Shown: positions 11,811-24,466 of the stretch, piece after piece
Layout of the letters: each line of letters starts with the position of its first letter
How positions within the stretch are numbered: position 1 is the stretch's first letter
NCBI RefSeq assembly: GCF_006345805.1
Contig: NC_043005.1
Span: forward strand, 53,382,001-53,446,000
Reading direction: 5' to 3'
DNA length: 64,000 bases
Origin: Octopus sinensis
Taxonomy: Eukaryota
Notes under the pieces: model-generated
Told to the model about the DNA's origin: nothing
Seen by the model: the letters and a program-made list of their open reading frames with translations, nothing else
Databases searched by the model: none
Program-made: the position numbers and the translations under genes

Positions 11811-13384
11811 GAATTACTGTTATCATTTGTAGTTTTGGAGTGCACAGACGAGATATTTCAGCTAGGAAAAAAACCTATGTGACAAAAACCCAAGCCAGAC
11901 GTTCATGCTGCATTGCTCAGTCGGGGCATCTGATGTGGAAGACTTTGATTGGTCGGGAAAAGTCACGACATGGATGGATGGATGGATGGATGGTTGATTT
12001 GATGCCCTTAAAATTGTGAACATGGAATTATCTGAACAATTTTTGATACGCACAGACTATCTTTGGATTAGTTTACCGGAAGGCAACATTGGAATATTGA
12101 ATGTAAAGGGAAGTTTTCTTGTTACTTCTGTCTGAAAAGTAATGTCATTTGGAAATAATATTAAAGAACAAATTTACGTCCCAAAAATATTCCTTTTTCA
12201 TCTGAAATTATAGATTAGTGTAGTAACATGTAGTTCAATCTGTCTTTATATGCATTGCGTTTATATAATATATCTGTGAGTTTCTGCATGTGTGTGTGTG
12301 ACTGTATGTATGTATGTATGTATGTATATGGAAAAGGTGCAGGTATGTTTATTTTCCTACTGTCTCTGTGATTAAGCAAAAACAAGGTATTTTGCTTGGT
12401 GTGATCGACCAAATATTTCAAGGTGATCCAAATATTTCAAATATTGCTCCAGCGTGGCTGCAGTCGATTAAATGGAATCCCTCATCTTTATCAATCAAAT
12501 GATCATTATCGCGTGAAAGTTGTTTATGCAACACTGCAGCACATTGAAGTCAAGTGTCGGAAAAGAGATAATACCTTTGTCCATCGTACGGTCTTCAAAT
12601 TCCCTTGCCTTCTATATTGCAACTAGATTCGTTGCTCTTTTCTTAAAGGATCAGGAAACGCAAACGAAATTGTAGTAATGAAATAAGGAATTATAATTAA
12701 AAGTAATCCAGAACTACATTCGGCAATGTAATGGAAAAACAGCCTGGATTTCTGGTTGGACAAGTAAAAAAACTATCAATTTTTTAAAAGAATGTTTAAA
12801 ACTGGATCAGTAAGTAATACTTTTGCGGATAATCTAACAGTATTTGCTACCTGATATACTGTTAGCTCTACACCCCACTTCATAGTTAAACTACCCTCTC
12901 TGCCACATGCACACACACAAATTTTCCTTTATCACTTCTCTTGTTTCCCCTTCATGCCGGCAAGGAAGGAAACATTCCAGATAACACCGTATCAAAATGA
13001 TCGCGTCTAACTCCGTAGCTTTCATTGATTTCAAATAGAGCTTCCCAAATATAATTATGAACTTTGACATCCCTTCTATATTTTTACCTCCCTCTCTTTT
13101 TCTGAAGTGGTGCATCTCAGTTTATGAAACGCATTATAGAGCATTCCACACCGAAGAAAATAACTTCTTTCATTTTCTTTAGTGTTATTTATTTAATGGC
13201 CCCACTGATAGAGGCAGAGAATATGTGTATGTGGTGTGCGTATCTTATTGTAATAGAAAACAGTGATAAACATAGCGTTACGGGAATGCATTCGCCCTGT
13301 GCTCCATGCCTCATGTCACTTCACCTCTCGTCAAAGTCCGGCACTTAGACAAGTATTCGGCTCCGTGTACTATGTTAATACTTT

Positions 13385-13490
13385 TCCCTATTGCCACTAG
13401 TCTGTAATCAATTAAATCATTTCCAGTACTCGAAAGGTACTTTATTTTATCAACCCTGGAAGAATGACAGGTAAAATTGACTTCACTGGC
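13385..13490 (-). mobile_element. SINE family B fragment, degenerate
   Basis: TAATCAATTAAATC..CCAGTACTCGAAAGGTACTTTATTTTATCAACCC..GAATGACAGGTAAAATTGAC. Confidence 0.6.
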
Positions 13491-14478
13491 CTTTGAGCAA
13501 TGGCCGTTAAAAAAGTGGATCAAACATTTCAGGGTATTCTGCTCCATGATCAAAACATTCGGCCAATCTACACCTTTGTATGGTTGTTGACATATTTTAA
13601 TTTCATTGCAGCGCATACAACCTGAAAGATTTCACGTCATATATACAGTACGAACCATGTCTTTCATAAGGCACATATACATTGGCAATTTCTTGTATAT
13701 AAATACAGATTACAATGCGTTTATTTTTCTCTTTCTCAAGTTATAATGGAAACCATAGCAAGTTCTAAAGTCAATTCAAAGAGAATATACTGCATATAAA
13801 GAATATTGTTTAAAAAGCCATAAATTCGGAATAAAATATATACTCATAAACGTTAAAAAAAGTATAATATTTACAATATATATATGTCAAAAATAAATAA
13901 ACGTAAAATTGAATTCCCACTATAAATTCATACAAACAGAAATACCGAATTATATGTAATAGACATATTTTGAAGACAGGATGACAAGATAAATACATAT
14001 TTATGACATTACATAAGATCGCAAGAAATATTCTGTTTAAATAGATGGTTACTTTAAGAAAAGAAAGGAAAAAATGATGCGAGGGTGTAAAGTTTTCCAT
14101 TCTATGCATTTTATTTTTTAGAATTTATTTTTTAGATAACAGAAAAATATTTTTCGATAGAAACTATGGCAAATTTTATATAATTTATTGACAATTTATT
14201 GTTTATTGATATGGAACTGAACAAAAATATTGCAATACAGCTTCTTCCCTTTATACGTAGATAATTCAATATCGTCTTTTATGATTAATTGAAATGACGT
14301 GGAGAAAAAAAATGTATGTTAGCATTTAGTGTGTGTGTTTTAAAGTGGTGAGTGTTAAGGTATAAAGAGAGGTCAAAAATGCTCATTACTTATTATCTTT
14401 TGATGAGGAAACAGGAAACATCAATATTTATACAAGAACTAAGTTTCCTGTATATTCCATTTTCTGTCTCCATCATTT

Positions 14479-14481
<3 letters not shown>

Positions 14482-14533
<52 letters not shown>

Positions 14534-14573
14534 CATATATATATATCTATATATATATATATATATATATATG

Positions 14574-14661
<88 letters not shown>

Positions 14662-14667
14662 ATATGT

Positions 14668-14699
<32 letters not shown>

Positions 14700-14783
14700 C
14701 TATATATATATATACATATATATATATACATACATACATATATATATATACATATATATATATATTATATATATATATATATA

Positions 14784-14817
<34 letters not shown>
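14482..14817. repeat. Imperfect (TA)n array, about 335 bp
   Basis: Direct reading. Confidence 0.95.
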
Positions 14818-14819
<2 letters not shown>

Positions 14820-15680
14820 GGGTGGGTGGAAAGTAACTAGGCATTAGAAATTGCTTATAGAATTTTTAGTATCACTGAAGTCATAACGAAAACATTTTTT
14901 AAACAGACAACACTAATGAGGATTTTTTTATTTTCTTATTGTCATATTTCTAATTTCTTATTTTTCAGATGAGCGGTTGCTTGGCTGTTCAGGAGTGAGT
15001 TACGATAGCAGCAAGGTATGAAGTATAGAATTCCATTGTTTTGGTTCAGAGATGGTGGCATGCATGGAAAGGTAAGCATGCAACCCCACGTCCGGAGACA
15101 ATAAAAAGTTGTAATGCAAAGCTGATGACCACGGGCTCTGTGAACGATGCAAGAAGAAGTGGCCGTCCAACCACATCCCGATCATGGCAACACTGCAGTA
15201 AATGTTTCACCGCAGTCCCGCTAAAATCAACATGTCAAGCAGCTCAAGAAAGTAAACAAACAAGACACTCAATACGTTCGGTGTTGCATAAAGAACTGAA
15301 TTTTCGTCCACGGAAACCGCCATTACGTGCAGGAGCTAACATCTGAAAACTGTGGCCGCAGAAGTCCAGAAATCCAAGAAGTGTCTCACTCCATGTGATT
15401 TTTACCTGTGAGTTACTCAAAAGATGTGATGTACGAGACAAATCCTCATACGCTGGAGGACTTGGAGACACGGATTTAGGAGGTTCTCAATGATATTCCA
15501 GATGACGTCCTTCAGGAGTTTGTTCATTCCATCTCTGGCCATTTGAGGAAATTCGTTGATGTTACCGGTGCTTACGTTAAAATATGAAGATTTACACCCA
15601 TTTTCCCATGTAATAAGGAGCACCTATCATTTGTTTCAATAGATTTGTAAAAGGTATATGGATTTTATTACCAATTTTTA
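14818..15680 (+). mobile_element. Tc1/mariner-superfamily transposon fossil (rosa/Visitor DD41D-like), internally deleted
   Basis: 5' TIR-like CAGGGTGGGTGGAAAGTAACTAGGCA. ATG 14969 gives MSGCLAVQE*VTIAARYEV*NSIVLVQRWW..KLMTTGSVNDARRSGRPTTSRS..VLHKELNFRP, jumping to LTPCDFYL..LKDVMYETNPHTLEDLETRI. Subfamily assignment is from recalled motifs. Confidence 0.85.
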
Positions 15681-15689
15681 ATTCTAACT

Positions 15690-16075
15690 TATTGTCATTT
15701 GTTTCAGTCATTAGACTGCAACCATGCTTAGGCTTGAAGAATTCTTAGTCGAATGTATTGACACCAATATTTATATTTTTATAGCCTGACACTGATTCCA
15801 TCGGTCGCGTTTACCTAATCGCTAATTTACAATGAACGTAAATGCACCAGCATTGTCAAGCGGTTGTCAAGCGGTAGGAAGGAGAAAACACACACACATA
15901 TACATACATATATATGACGAGTTTCTCTTAGTTTCCATCAATCAAATGCACTCACACGGATTTGGTCTGCCCAAGGCTATAGTAAAACATTTACCCAAGG
16001 TGCCAGACAGTGGGACTGAACCAGGAACCCTGTGGTTGGGGAGCAAGATTCTTACCGCATAGCCACGCCTGCGGC
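15690..16075 (-). mobile_element. SINE family A, near full length
   Basis: Both halves and the internal CA/TA tract are present; CCCAAGGTGCCAGACAGTGGGACTGAACC. Confidence 0.85.
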
Positions 16076-16937
16076 TATAAACATTTTATACTGATACCAA
16101 ATGTAAGCAACAAATCTTCTGGGATTAAGCTTTTCTTTTTCAGGATTAAACACAAACCAACAGTAAACACCTGGTCAGTTTGATCTCTCCTTTAAAAGAG
16201 ATTTATCGGAAGATTATTCTCATACAGTTGAATTCAATATGTTTTATTCACTTCTTCAGATGAGAGTTAACATGTATTCAGTTTAAGTCAAAATACAATT
16301 CATATTTATAAATGTCTTTTAGTTAAAGTAAAGAATAGTTACTTTCCTATAAATATTTTTGTTTCGTTTATAAGCTAACAGACGTATGGCTTCTGTTCTT
16401 CAACATGAAAGCATTAAAGCGATTTCCTTATAACGTAAATTATCAACGTACGTAGGTGGATGCAATAGGGTAAGTAGGAAGAGCAACAGGGTGAGTTGAA
16501 GTGACATGATCTCAATCTGTGGTTGAAATGATTTCCTTTCATTTTCATTGATAATGACCAGTGAGAAATGCATCAACAACACAGTTGTGACCTACAGGTC
16601 TTAGTTTTAGATACAAAATATTTTGAAGAGTTAAAAACAAAAAACAACAAAATAGACATTTGTGTAATAAAGGAAACCTCATTGCGAATTTAATGGAAAT
16701 ATTTGTCTCCAAGTCTTTCACACGAAATGAATAAGTAAGATAATAGAATCGTATAGTTTTGTGTACAAACGTATAGCAATGGTTTTTAAAGAATCAATTC
16801 TATATTTTGTTTAATTCTTTTAAGTAAAGAGTAATATATATACATATTCATACACATCTAATCTTTATGTACATACATAGGTATATGTAAGTACACGGAC
16901 ACACATGCATACATATCTATCTTTCTATCATTCCCCC

Positions 16938-16971
<34 letters not shown>

Positions 16972-18702
16972 GTATGTATACACATACACACATACATATA
17001 CAATTCTACCTATCTAAAAAATGTATAAAACTACCCCTTCATAGAGATAGTTGAAAAAAATAAAAAGAAGTGTAGCAGACAATTATATTGTATGAAAGTC
17101 ATTCACTGATATATCTTAAGTGACAAACAGTTAAATTTTAATCAGATTGATAACCAAAAAGATAAATATAAATCTTAACAATCCAGACACTTTAAATCTA
17201 TTTGAATTTTTTTTCCACTGAAGAATTGGTAAATATTTTGTTTCTCAATCGAATTAATTTCTCCAAGAAAAATAAACAACTGCGGAGAGTCTCTATAGAA
17301 TTTTCAGGCCAATGTAACCGCCAGATCATTTTTCGGGAAATTCATTAAAATCTTACTTCAAAATCTATATCACAGGTCAGTACAGACAAACTAAAATGTC
17401 TTATAACTACAGCTGCAACACATATTAAATGGTAAACTTCTATATCAACGTAGACGTTGAGAACAGAATATTTCTGTAGTTTGTGATAGATAAAAAATAA
17501 AAGTTAACGTAGTCGCCGACACTGAGTTACTAATTTAACTGTCATGAGCGGCTGCTTTTGAGAAGCAGCTTACAACTAAATGCATGCATGTACTAACATA
17601 AATTGGATGTACTAGCTATGCATCTAGATGAACTGAACTGTTGAAGGTTAAGTGACTTTGCTAGGTATACGCTGGAAATGTAACACATCAAAGTTTTGAA
17701 CAATGGGTCCATCTGTGAATGTCACTACAAGTAAAGAACCCTGAAAAATTGTTAATGCCGATATTTCTCTTCATACTTTACAATCTAATCACAGTAAATT
17801 TCCAAAATTCTAATTTAATCTCCTTCTTCTTCTGAATATTTCACTACCTTCAGATCAGAACAAACTGGGCAGTTTGCATGCAATCATTAAAAATATGTCA
17901 TTTCTGAATTCAAATCTACTTTGATTGAAGTAACTTCCTTGTCCATCCTTCTTCCCCTAAGATTGCTTTTACAATCACCACCAATATCCAACAACCCCAA
18001 CACCACAACAACCATCACAATCACGCCATTTCGGCCGTTCCAATACCTAACAACCCCTTACTTGCTTAGACAAGCACTCTGGCTTACCCCTTACCAATCT
18101 AACTTTCATACAAAGAATTCACAATGATTTGGTACTCAGCCAAAATAATTCTCTCTCTCTTTCTCTCTGTATCTGTCTATCAGTCTGTCTGTCAGTCTGT
18201 CTCTCTGCCTGTCTGCCTGTCTATGTGTCTGTCTATTTATCTATCTATTTATCCCTCTACCTTTTTCCTGTCTCTCACTCTGGTAATTTCTATGACACAT
18301 CTATCTTTCCCAGAATCACTTTGACAGCTTTATTACAGGAAATATAAAAGCTCAATCCAACATTATCTTCTTAGTTTGCTTCAAAATCAATTTAAGAAGA
18401 ACTTAACAAAACCATCTTCTGCTGCAACAACAACAAATTCCAGTTAGTCACAATGCTTTTAATTTGATTATATCTATTATTGCACTTAATAATGCTATAT
18501 AACTTTTTTAATTCAACTCTCCTTTTTAATTAGTGTTATCTTCCGTTTAAAATGTTATAATTAAAAAATCTCTCTTCTTCCTTCCCTTCCCCTCTCTATC
18601 TATCAATATATTTGTGCGTGTATGTGTGTATACACATATATAAATGTATGTATGCTATGTGTACAACTAAATATTTAAACATATGTGTGAGTGTGTAGTG
18701 TG

Positions 18703-18737
<35 letters not shown>

Positions 18738-19815
18738 TATTTATTATCTAGGCAAGTATGTATGCATATATCCATGCACAAAAAAAAACACACCTACATA
18801 TATATCTTGAGTTTTATTTCCCCATGGGCCAGGTAGTTAGACTGGAATTGTGCTGAAAACTTTTAGTCCTCCAAAGATCTTTAATTAAGAAATGATACTC
18901 ATACTCTGTCCACAGAAACGTTAGATGCATATAGTTGTATATATGTATATGGGCGTGCGTTTATATGCGTGTGTGAGTGTCTGTAAATTTAAGTCACAAT
19001 ATATGGAATCAACTAATCCGGTTTTACTCATAAAAAAGTTCCTTCATGTATCATTCTACAAAACATATATAATATAAAATATATCTATGCATGTTTTAAG
19101 TTGCGAAACAAGTGTTGCGATATATAAACTTCTAATGGTTAAATAAATTTTATCATACTATATTTCTTTCGTTATTTAAAACTTTATAAAACAGTATGCA
19201 CTTATTATGGTCAGTTTCATTTGCTAAAATATATGAGGAATAAATTTATTTCGAATATTTCAGATTATCCATGAATACTATATAGTGCACCAGGAATGGA
19301 TATATTAATATTATATAATATATATTTATTTAGCATACATTTATGATAATCTCCGTTCTTTCTTTTTCCTGTTGGTGCCTTAGAAATATATGCTTTTCTT
19401 TATTCTGATAGCCTTTCTGATTTTACTATCTCCTTAAATTAAAATATTCAGCAATATCTGTCACATTTTATGAGTATATAATCTTACATTAACTTTTGGC
19501 ATGTATTTTTTAGATTAAAATTAAAAAAATTACGATATATCTGCCTGTTTGTATTCTATATTCTCGATGCCTTCCTTATACATTTTACTTCTCGAATTTC
19601 GGCATAGAAACAATTGTACTTGTGTACATAAAATTTTATTCACACAGCACTTTTAGCATTGTGTTCAAGTTCAGTTTTAAGAATTATCGTAGGTAACCTA
19701 TTGATCACAAAATTATATGAGTATTTGTTTACATAGAAATATGTTTAAGATATTTCATACAAATCAGAAGGTATATATACAAATAAATATATAGAAGAAA
19801 AAAATTACTTTTTTA

Positions 19816-20012
19816 TTGTGTCTGGGGGAGAGTCATTTTCTTTTTGTGCTTTATAATCTAACACACACACCGATCAAATTTCCACAATTTGACCGTTGAG
19901 TGTGTTAAATTATAAGGCACAAAAAGAAAATGAATCTCCCCAGGCACAACAGAATATACTTGAACACATGAAGTCACATAAAGAAGCTTGCAAACCAAAT
20001 CCAAAACCGAAA
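19816..20012 (+). mobile_element. PLE-like insertion with 5' inverted duplication (arms 19816-19866/19900-19949)
   Basis: About 50-bp inverted arms plus an unpaired 3' tail CACATAAAGAAGCTTGCAAACCAAATCC shared with the copies at 26384, 31513 and 44812. Confidence 0.75.
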
Positions 20013-20085
20013 TACTTGTGGGTAGTAAAGAAACAGGTATTTCGTCTGCGGCTACGTTCTCAGTGCAAATTCCGCCGAGGTCGAA
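20013..20085 (+). mobile_element. SINE family B internal fragment
   Basis: CTTGTGGGTAGTAAAGAAACAGGTATTTCGTCTGCGGCTACGTTCTCAGTGCAAATTCCGCCGAGGTCGA. Confidence 0.75.
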
Positions 20086-20115
20086 GCAGAGTATATATAT
20101 ATATATATGTTCAAC

Positions 20116-20238
20116 TTATGATGAAAGTAAACAAAGTTTGCTTTAGAAGCGTTGAGATGTATTGAAAGATACAGATATCTGTATCTTTCAATACATCTCA
20201 ACGCTTTTTAAAGCAAACTTTGTTTACTTTCATCGTAA
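20116..20238. repeat. Loopless DNA palindrome, 57/58-bp core arms centred on GAT|ATC (20176/20177)
   Basis: 20120-20176 is the reverse complement of 20177-20234 with one substitution and one indel. Confidence 0.95.
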
Positions 20239-20478
20239 TTTGATGTAACGTTAGCATCTTATAAAGTTAGATTTATAAATCCTAAAATTGCAGAGCGATT
20301 CGTCGCAGGACAGCTTAGCTTAAAGTTATAGCAGCATTTGATGCGTAATCGCATGGATGTGAGTTCGGGTCTCATGGTTGCCCACTGACAAATTTTGTTT
20401 GCAATATATGGATAGTTTATCCTGTTCATGCTTTTATATTAGCATTATCCCACGTTTGAGAATACATTATTTCTGTAT

Positions 20479-20550
<72 letters not shown>

Positions 20551-20610
20551 CAATGTATCATTATCCGAAAAAGAGGCACACTCTAAAGTATAGAGCAGTA
20601 AAGTAATAAA

Positions 20611-20652
20611 GATGCTGCAGCCTTCGTGGATGCGAAACCGTTGGTCACTCTA
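20611..20652 (+). ncRNA. 5'-truncated hammerhead relic
   Basis: GAUGCU GCAGCC UUCGU GGAUGC GAAA CCGUUG GUC ACUCUA: stem II, GAAA, near-palindromic stem III and GUC are present; the CUGA core is broken. Confidence 0.4.
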
Positions 20653-20747
20653 TGATCAGACATTAACCTTATTACTTTAATACACACGCACATACACACA
20701 CACACGCGCACACACACATATATATATATGCATATATACATACATAC

Positions 20748-20789
<42 letters not shown>

Positions 20790-21669
20790 TTCTATGTATA
20801 TGCAACAAAACTTATCTAAACTCGATCCCTTCCTTAAGAATTACATTGCTCGTAATTAGAATTCCAAAGAAGACCAAACCTGCAATACCAATGTCTGTTT
20901 TAATAAAAGCAACAAAACTGCCTTAATCCAATGAAGCAAGAACACTTTAACATATCCAAAGTCACAAGAATGACACATAATTTACAACAAGAGCAGAATA
21001 TACTTCTGTCATCAGTCGCTTAACAGATAACATTAAGTTTTCGATACGTGCTTGGTACCACTCAATCAAACGGTGTCAACAGTGTTAAAAACATAAATTA
21101 GTAGATGAGAAGTCTGAGAGAGGCATTAACATAAAATTTTCATATCTACATTTGCTTACTATCACAAATACAAATACCTATTCTCAAGCATAACATGTTT
21201 CACACTAGTAGCTTTTCATGCACAGAGATTGAGGGGGGAAAAAAACTACGTATAAAACGAAGAAATATCTTAAAAAGTGTCATTGCTATCTCAATAAGTA
21301 TAGAACCTAAAAACGCCCCGCCACAAGCATTGCGTTGGATGTACAGAAAATTTTCTTAACTTCCTGCCACCAGTCACAGAGGCTTTTTAAAAGATATTAC
21401 GTGCTACCTTTCCTTTGCAAAGTAACACTTGAAAAGAATTGCAACAAAATCTCTAAACATATCAACTGAAATATTGAGTCACTGAGACAGACACTTCCGT
21501 ATATTTTTGAGCAACTGGTATACCTTTTTAGTACATTTTATGTCAAGAAGAAAGACGGTGTACATATCTTTTGAGTAGATATCGATGAGTTTGATGCCGC
21601 GGGACCTGGGTTATGCCGCGGCAGTGGGCTGTAAGTTGTTGTTTATGAGTGTAGACGCTAAAGCGTTTA

Positions 21670-21673
21670 CTAT

Positions 21674-21727
<54 letters not shown>

Positions 21728-21822
21728 CATACATACATACATACATACATACATACATACATACATACATAACATACAAATATATATACATATACATATA
21801 TATATAATATATATATATATAT
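21670..21822. repeat. (TA)n/(TACA)n microsatellite
   Basis: Direct reading. Confidence 0.95.
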
Positions 21823-21990
21823 ACCGGAGTAAACACATAAATGTGAGACAAGATGGAAAAAAGAGTACTCAAATACCAGTGGTAGAGTAATATGCTTTAT
21901 TTAAAGCAGCAGAAAATTTAACAAAACCTGTTACTCTGAGTTCCATGTTGCCGTTCGTCGGACAGTTTTTGCTAGCAAAATTTCCTGTAA
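21823..21990 (-). mobile_element. PLE pseudo-LTR fragment with hammerhead relic (21923-21969)
   Basis: Minus strand AAAACUGU CCGACGA ACG GCAA CAU GGAA CUCAGAG UA ACAG GUUUU; the 3' end runs into (TA)n. Confidence 0.6.
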
Positions 21991-22984
21991 GTATACGAGT
22001 GGACGCTAATGATTACCTACACGGATTCATACCATACAGTTATTCATTAATTAACTCTACATAGATTCATAATCAAAAGAAACATTGTAATACAGTTGCA
22101 TTTCTGTTGTATTACACTCATACATACATAGTATGCATACAAAGGTACAAGTCACACGCACACAAATATACACACTGGCAATCGTGTATATGTGTGTATT
22201 TGCATAGATGTGTGAAGATATACTCATAATCCTTTAATACAATTCAATCAATATTTTAATACCGTCCTTTTCTTTTCCATATAATATGCTGGTTTATCGG
22301 GACTATTACAATTCTTTCTTATGGAAAATGGCAATTAGATTAATTTTAATAACCTACGCGATCCTACACTGAGACTAATAGCATACGCACACAAATATAT
22401 TTTCAGGAAAATAAATACATGCGTTTTCTGTAAGGTGTGGAATGACATTGTGTGTCTGTGCATGAATGTATGCAAATTTGATGACTGATCAGCTTTAAAG
22501 GAACTTGTGTTGATGTCTATTGTATTATTAATGACTTCAGAGAAAAGCTGTATATCTTTTTATTCCCTTCAGATAATTATGAATGTATACATTATGTCTT
22601 ATATTATCAGTTTTATCTTCTTTTTATATATGATATATAAATATACTAATAAAGATAAAATTTGTTTTCCTTCTGAAGGAAAACTAAAATGTTAATGGGC
22701 TGACACGTCGAATATGATATGCAACCGCCCAGCAGAATAAATATAATTTATTAAATGAGTGCTGTTACTAATTACCTAAGCAAATAATTCGTTTTAAGTA
22801 GAATATATTTTTATAGAAACCCAACACTCTCTCCTAATTCAGCATAATGTGCTACAATCCGAAAGAGCTCGTTCTTCGAATATAAGGGTTGTAAAAAAAG
22901 AACCAGACTGATCTTTGTATCCCAGCCGTAGCAGCTCATATCATTTAGTATACTTTCTACAAGTTTCTCTAATAATCATTTCTA

Positions 22985-23275
22985 CTATAGGCACAATGTC
23001 TGAAATTTGTGGGGAGGGAACTAGTCGATTTCATCGACCCCAGTGTTTCGTGGTACTTAATTTATCGACCCCGAAAGGCAAAGTCGAACTCGGAGGAATT
23101 AGAACTCAGAACGTAGCGAACAAGTTTCTCCAATAATGACTCAAATTTTGGTATAAGGCCAGCAAGTTCAGGGGAAGGGGTAGTCGCTTACATTGACTCC
23201 AGAATTTGAACCCAGAACGTAAAGACGGACAAAATGCATCAAAGTATTTCGCCCGGCGTGCTAACGATTCTGCTA
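22985..23275 (-). mobile_element. Two adjacent SINE family B copies
   Basis: Family B motifs occur twice, delimited by three copies of ACAAGTTTCTCYAATAAT. Confidence 0.8.
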
Positions 23276-23514
23276 ACACAAGTTTCTCTAATAATCGCAA
23301 CCATATTTTCTAAAGACTAGTGGACTCCTATCGGAATGTACAAAATAATTTAGCAAACCGTGACAGGATAATTCGAGCTTGTGCTAGGTTGTACAGAATT
23401 ACATCTTACGTATAATATTCATAGCGACCTAACAATGAAAGAAATATACATTAGAATTATAATGATATGCATGTAAGAATAGACATAGAAAATACACTTG
23501 GGAATACAGATATA

Positions 23515-24094
23515 TTTTCTATTCCAGGCACAAGGCCCTAAATTTTGGGGGAGGGGACCAGTCGATTAGATCCACCCCAGTACGCAACTGGTACTTAATT
23601 TATCGACTATGAAAGTATGAAGGGCAAAGTCGACCTCACCGGAATTTGAACTCAGAACGTAAAGACAGACGAAATACCTATTTCTTTACTACCCACAAGG
23701 GGCTAAACACAGAAAGGACAAACAAGGACAAACAAACGGATTAAGTCGATTATATCGACCCCATCACGCAACTGGTACATATTTAATCGATCCCGAAGGA
23801 ATGAAAGGCAAAGTCAACCTCGGCGGAATTTGAACTCAGAACGTAGCGGCAGATGAAATACCTATTTCTTTATTGTCCACAAGGGGCTAAACATAGAGGG
23901 GACAAACAAGGAAAGAAAAACGGATTAAGTCGATTACATCGACCCCAGTGCATATCTGGTACTTAATTCATCAACCCCGAAAGAATGAAAGGCAAAGTCG
24001 ACCTCAGCGGAATTTGACTTCAGAACATAGCGGCAGACGAAATACTGCTAAGCATTTCGCCCGGCGTGCTAACGATTCTGCTAGATCGCCGCCT
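23515..24094 (-). mobile_element. SINE family B with tandemly amplified 184-bp internal unit
   Basis: The GAACTCAG marker recurs at 23648, 23832 and 24016; single tRNA-like head at the right end. Confidence 0.9.
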
Positions 24095-24109
24095 TACCAA
24101 ATGAAAATA

Positions 24110-24400
24110 TTATATGATTAACAATAATGTCCTGCATAGGCCCAAGAGTCAAAGTATCAAATCGTTGATCATGAAATACTGTTTTAGACGGTCAGAACAT
24201 GTAGCAAGGTTTCCACGCCAAGTCTTATTCAGCGAGCTTACTTCGGAGAAAAGACCACGAAGTTGCTCTTTTCGATTATATAAGGACCATCTCAAAGTAA
24301 AACAGAAAGCCACTGGACTTGACTCTAAATCGACTGAAACAAGTGAAAGACAAAAATATATCGAGTGGAAACATAGAAGCACTTTCGTTGGCAACGAAGT
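24110..24400 (+). mobile_element. RTE-clade LINE, 3' end of reverse transcriptase ORF (decayed)
   Basis: VLHRPKSQSIKSLIMKYCFRRSEHVARFPRQVLFSELTSEKRPRSCSFRLYKDHLK resembles the RTE C-terminal LRW.GHV.RM..R.PK..L..EL..GKR..GRP..RYKD.LK motif. Confidence 0.8.
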
Positions 24401-24432
24401 AGATGGTGGTGGTGGTGATGATGATGATGATG

Positions 24433-24466
<34 letters not shown>

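Noticed and set aside
12050-12815. Exon-like segments on both strands (e.g. DYLWISLPEGNIGILN on plus; 55-nt minus exon 12093-12147; 12649-12809 plus)
   Set aside because: Mutually inconsistent strands, stops in longer candidates and no recognisable homology; compatible with chance splice signals in AT-rich DNA.
13311-13622. 101-aa ORF with an upstream minus-strand acceptor; possible link to the 16452-16507 signal-like exon
   Set aside because: The distal half is SINE B sequence. The phase required to join the signal-like exon meets TGA after five codons, and there is no evidence for selenocysteine recoding.
14352-14840. Long ORFs rich in YI/IY, HT, VC, LS or poly-amino-acid runs (also 30499-30969, 40077-40582, 48337-48802, 49426-49847, 55977-56705 and many others)
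   Set aside because: They are translations of TA, CA/TG, TCTA, TACA and trinucleotide microsatellites, which lack stop codons.
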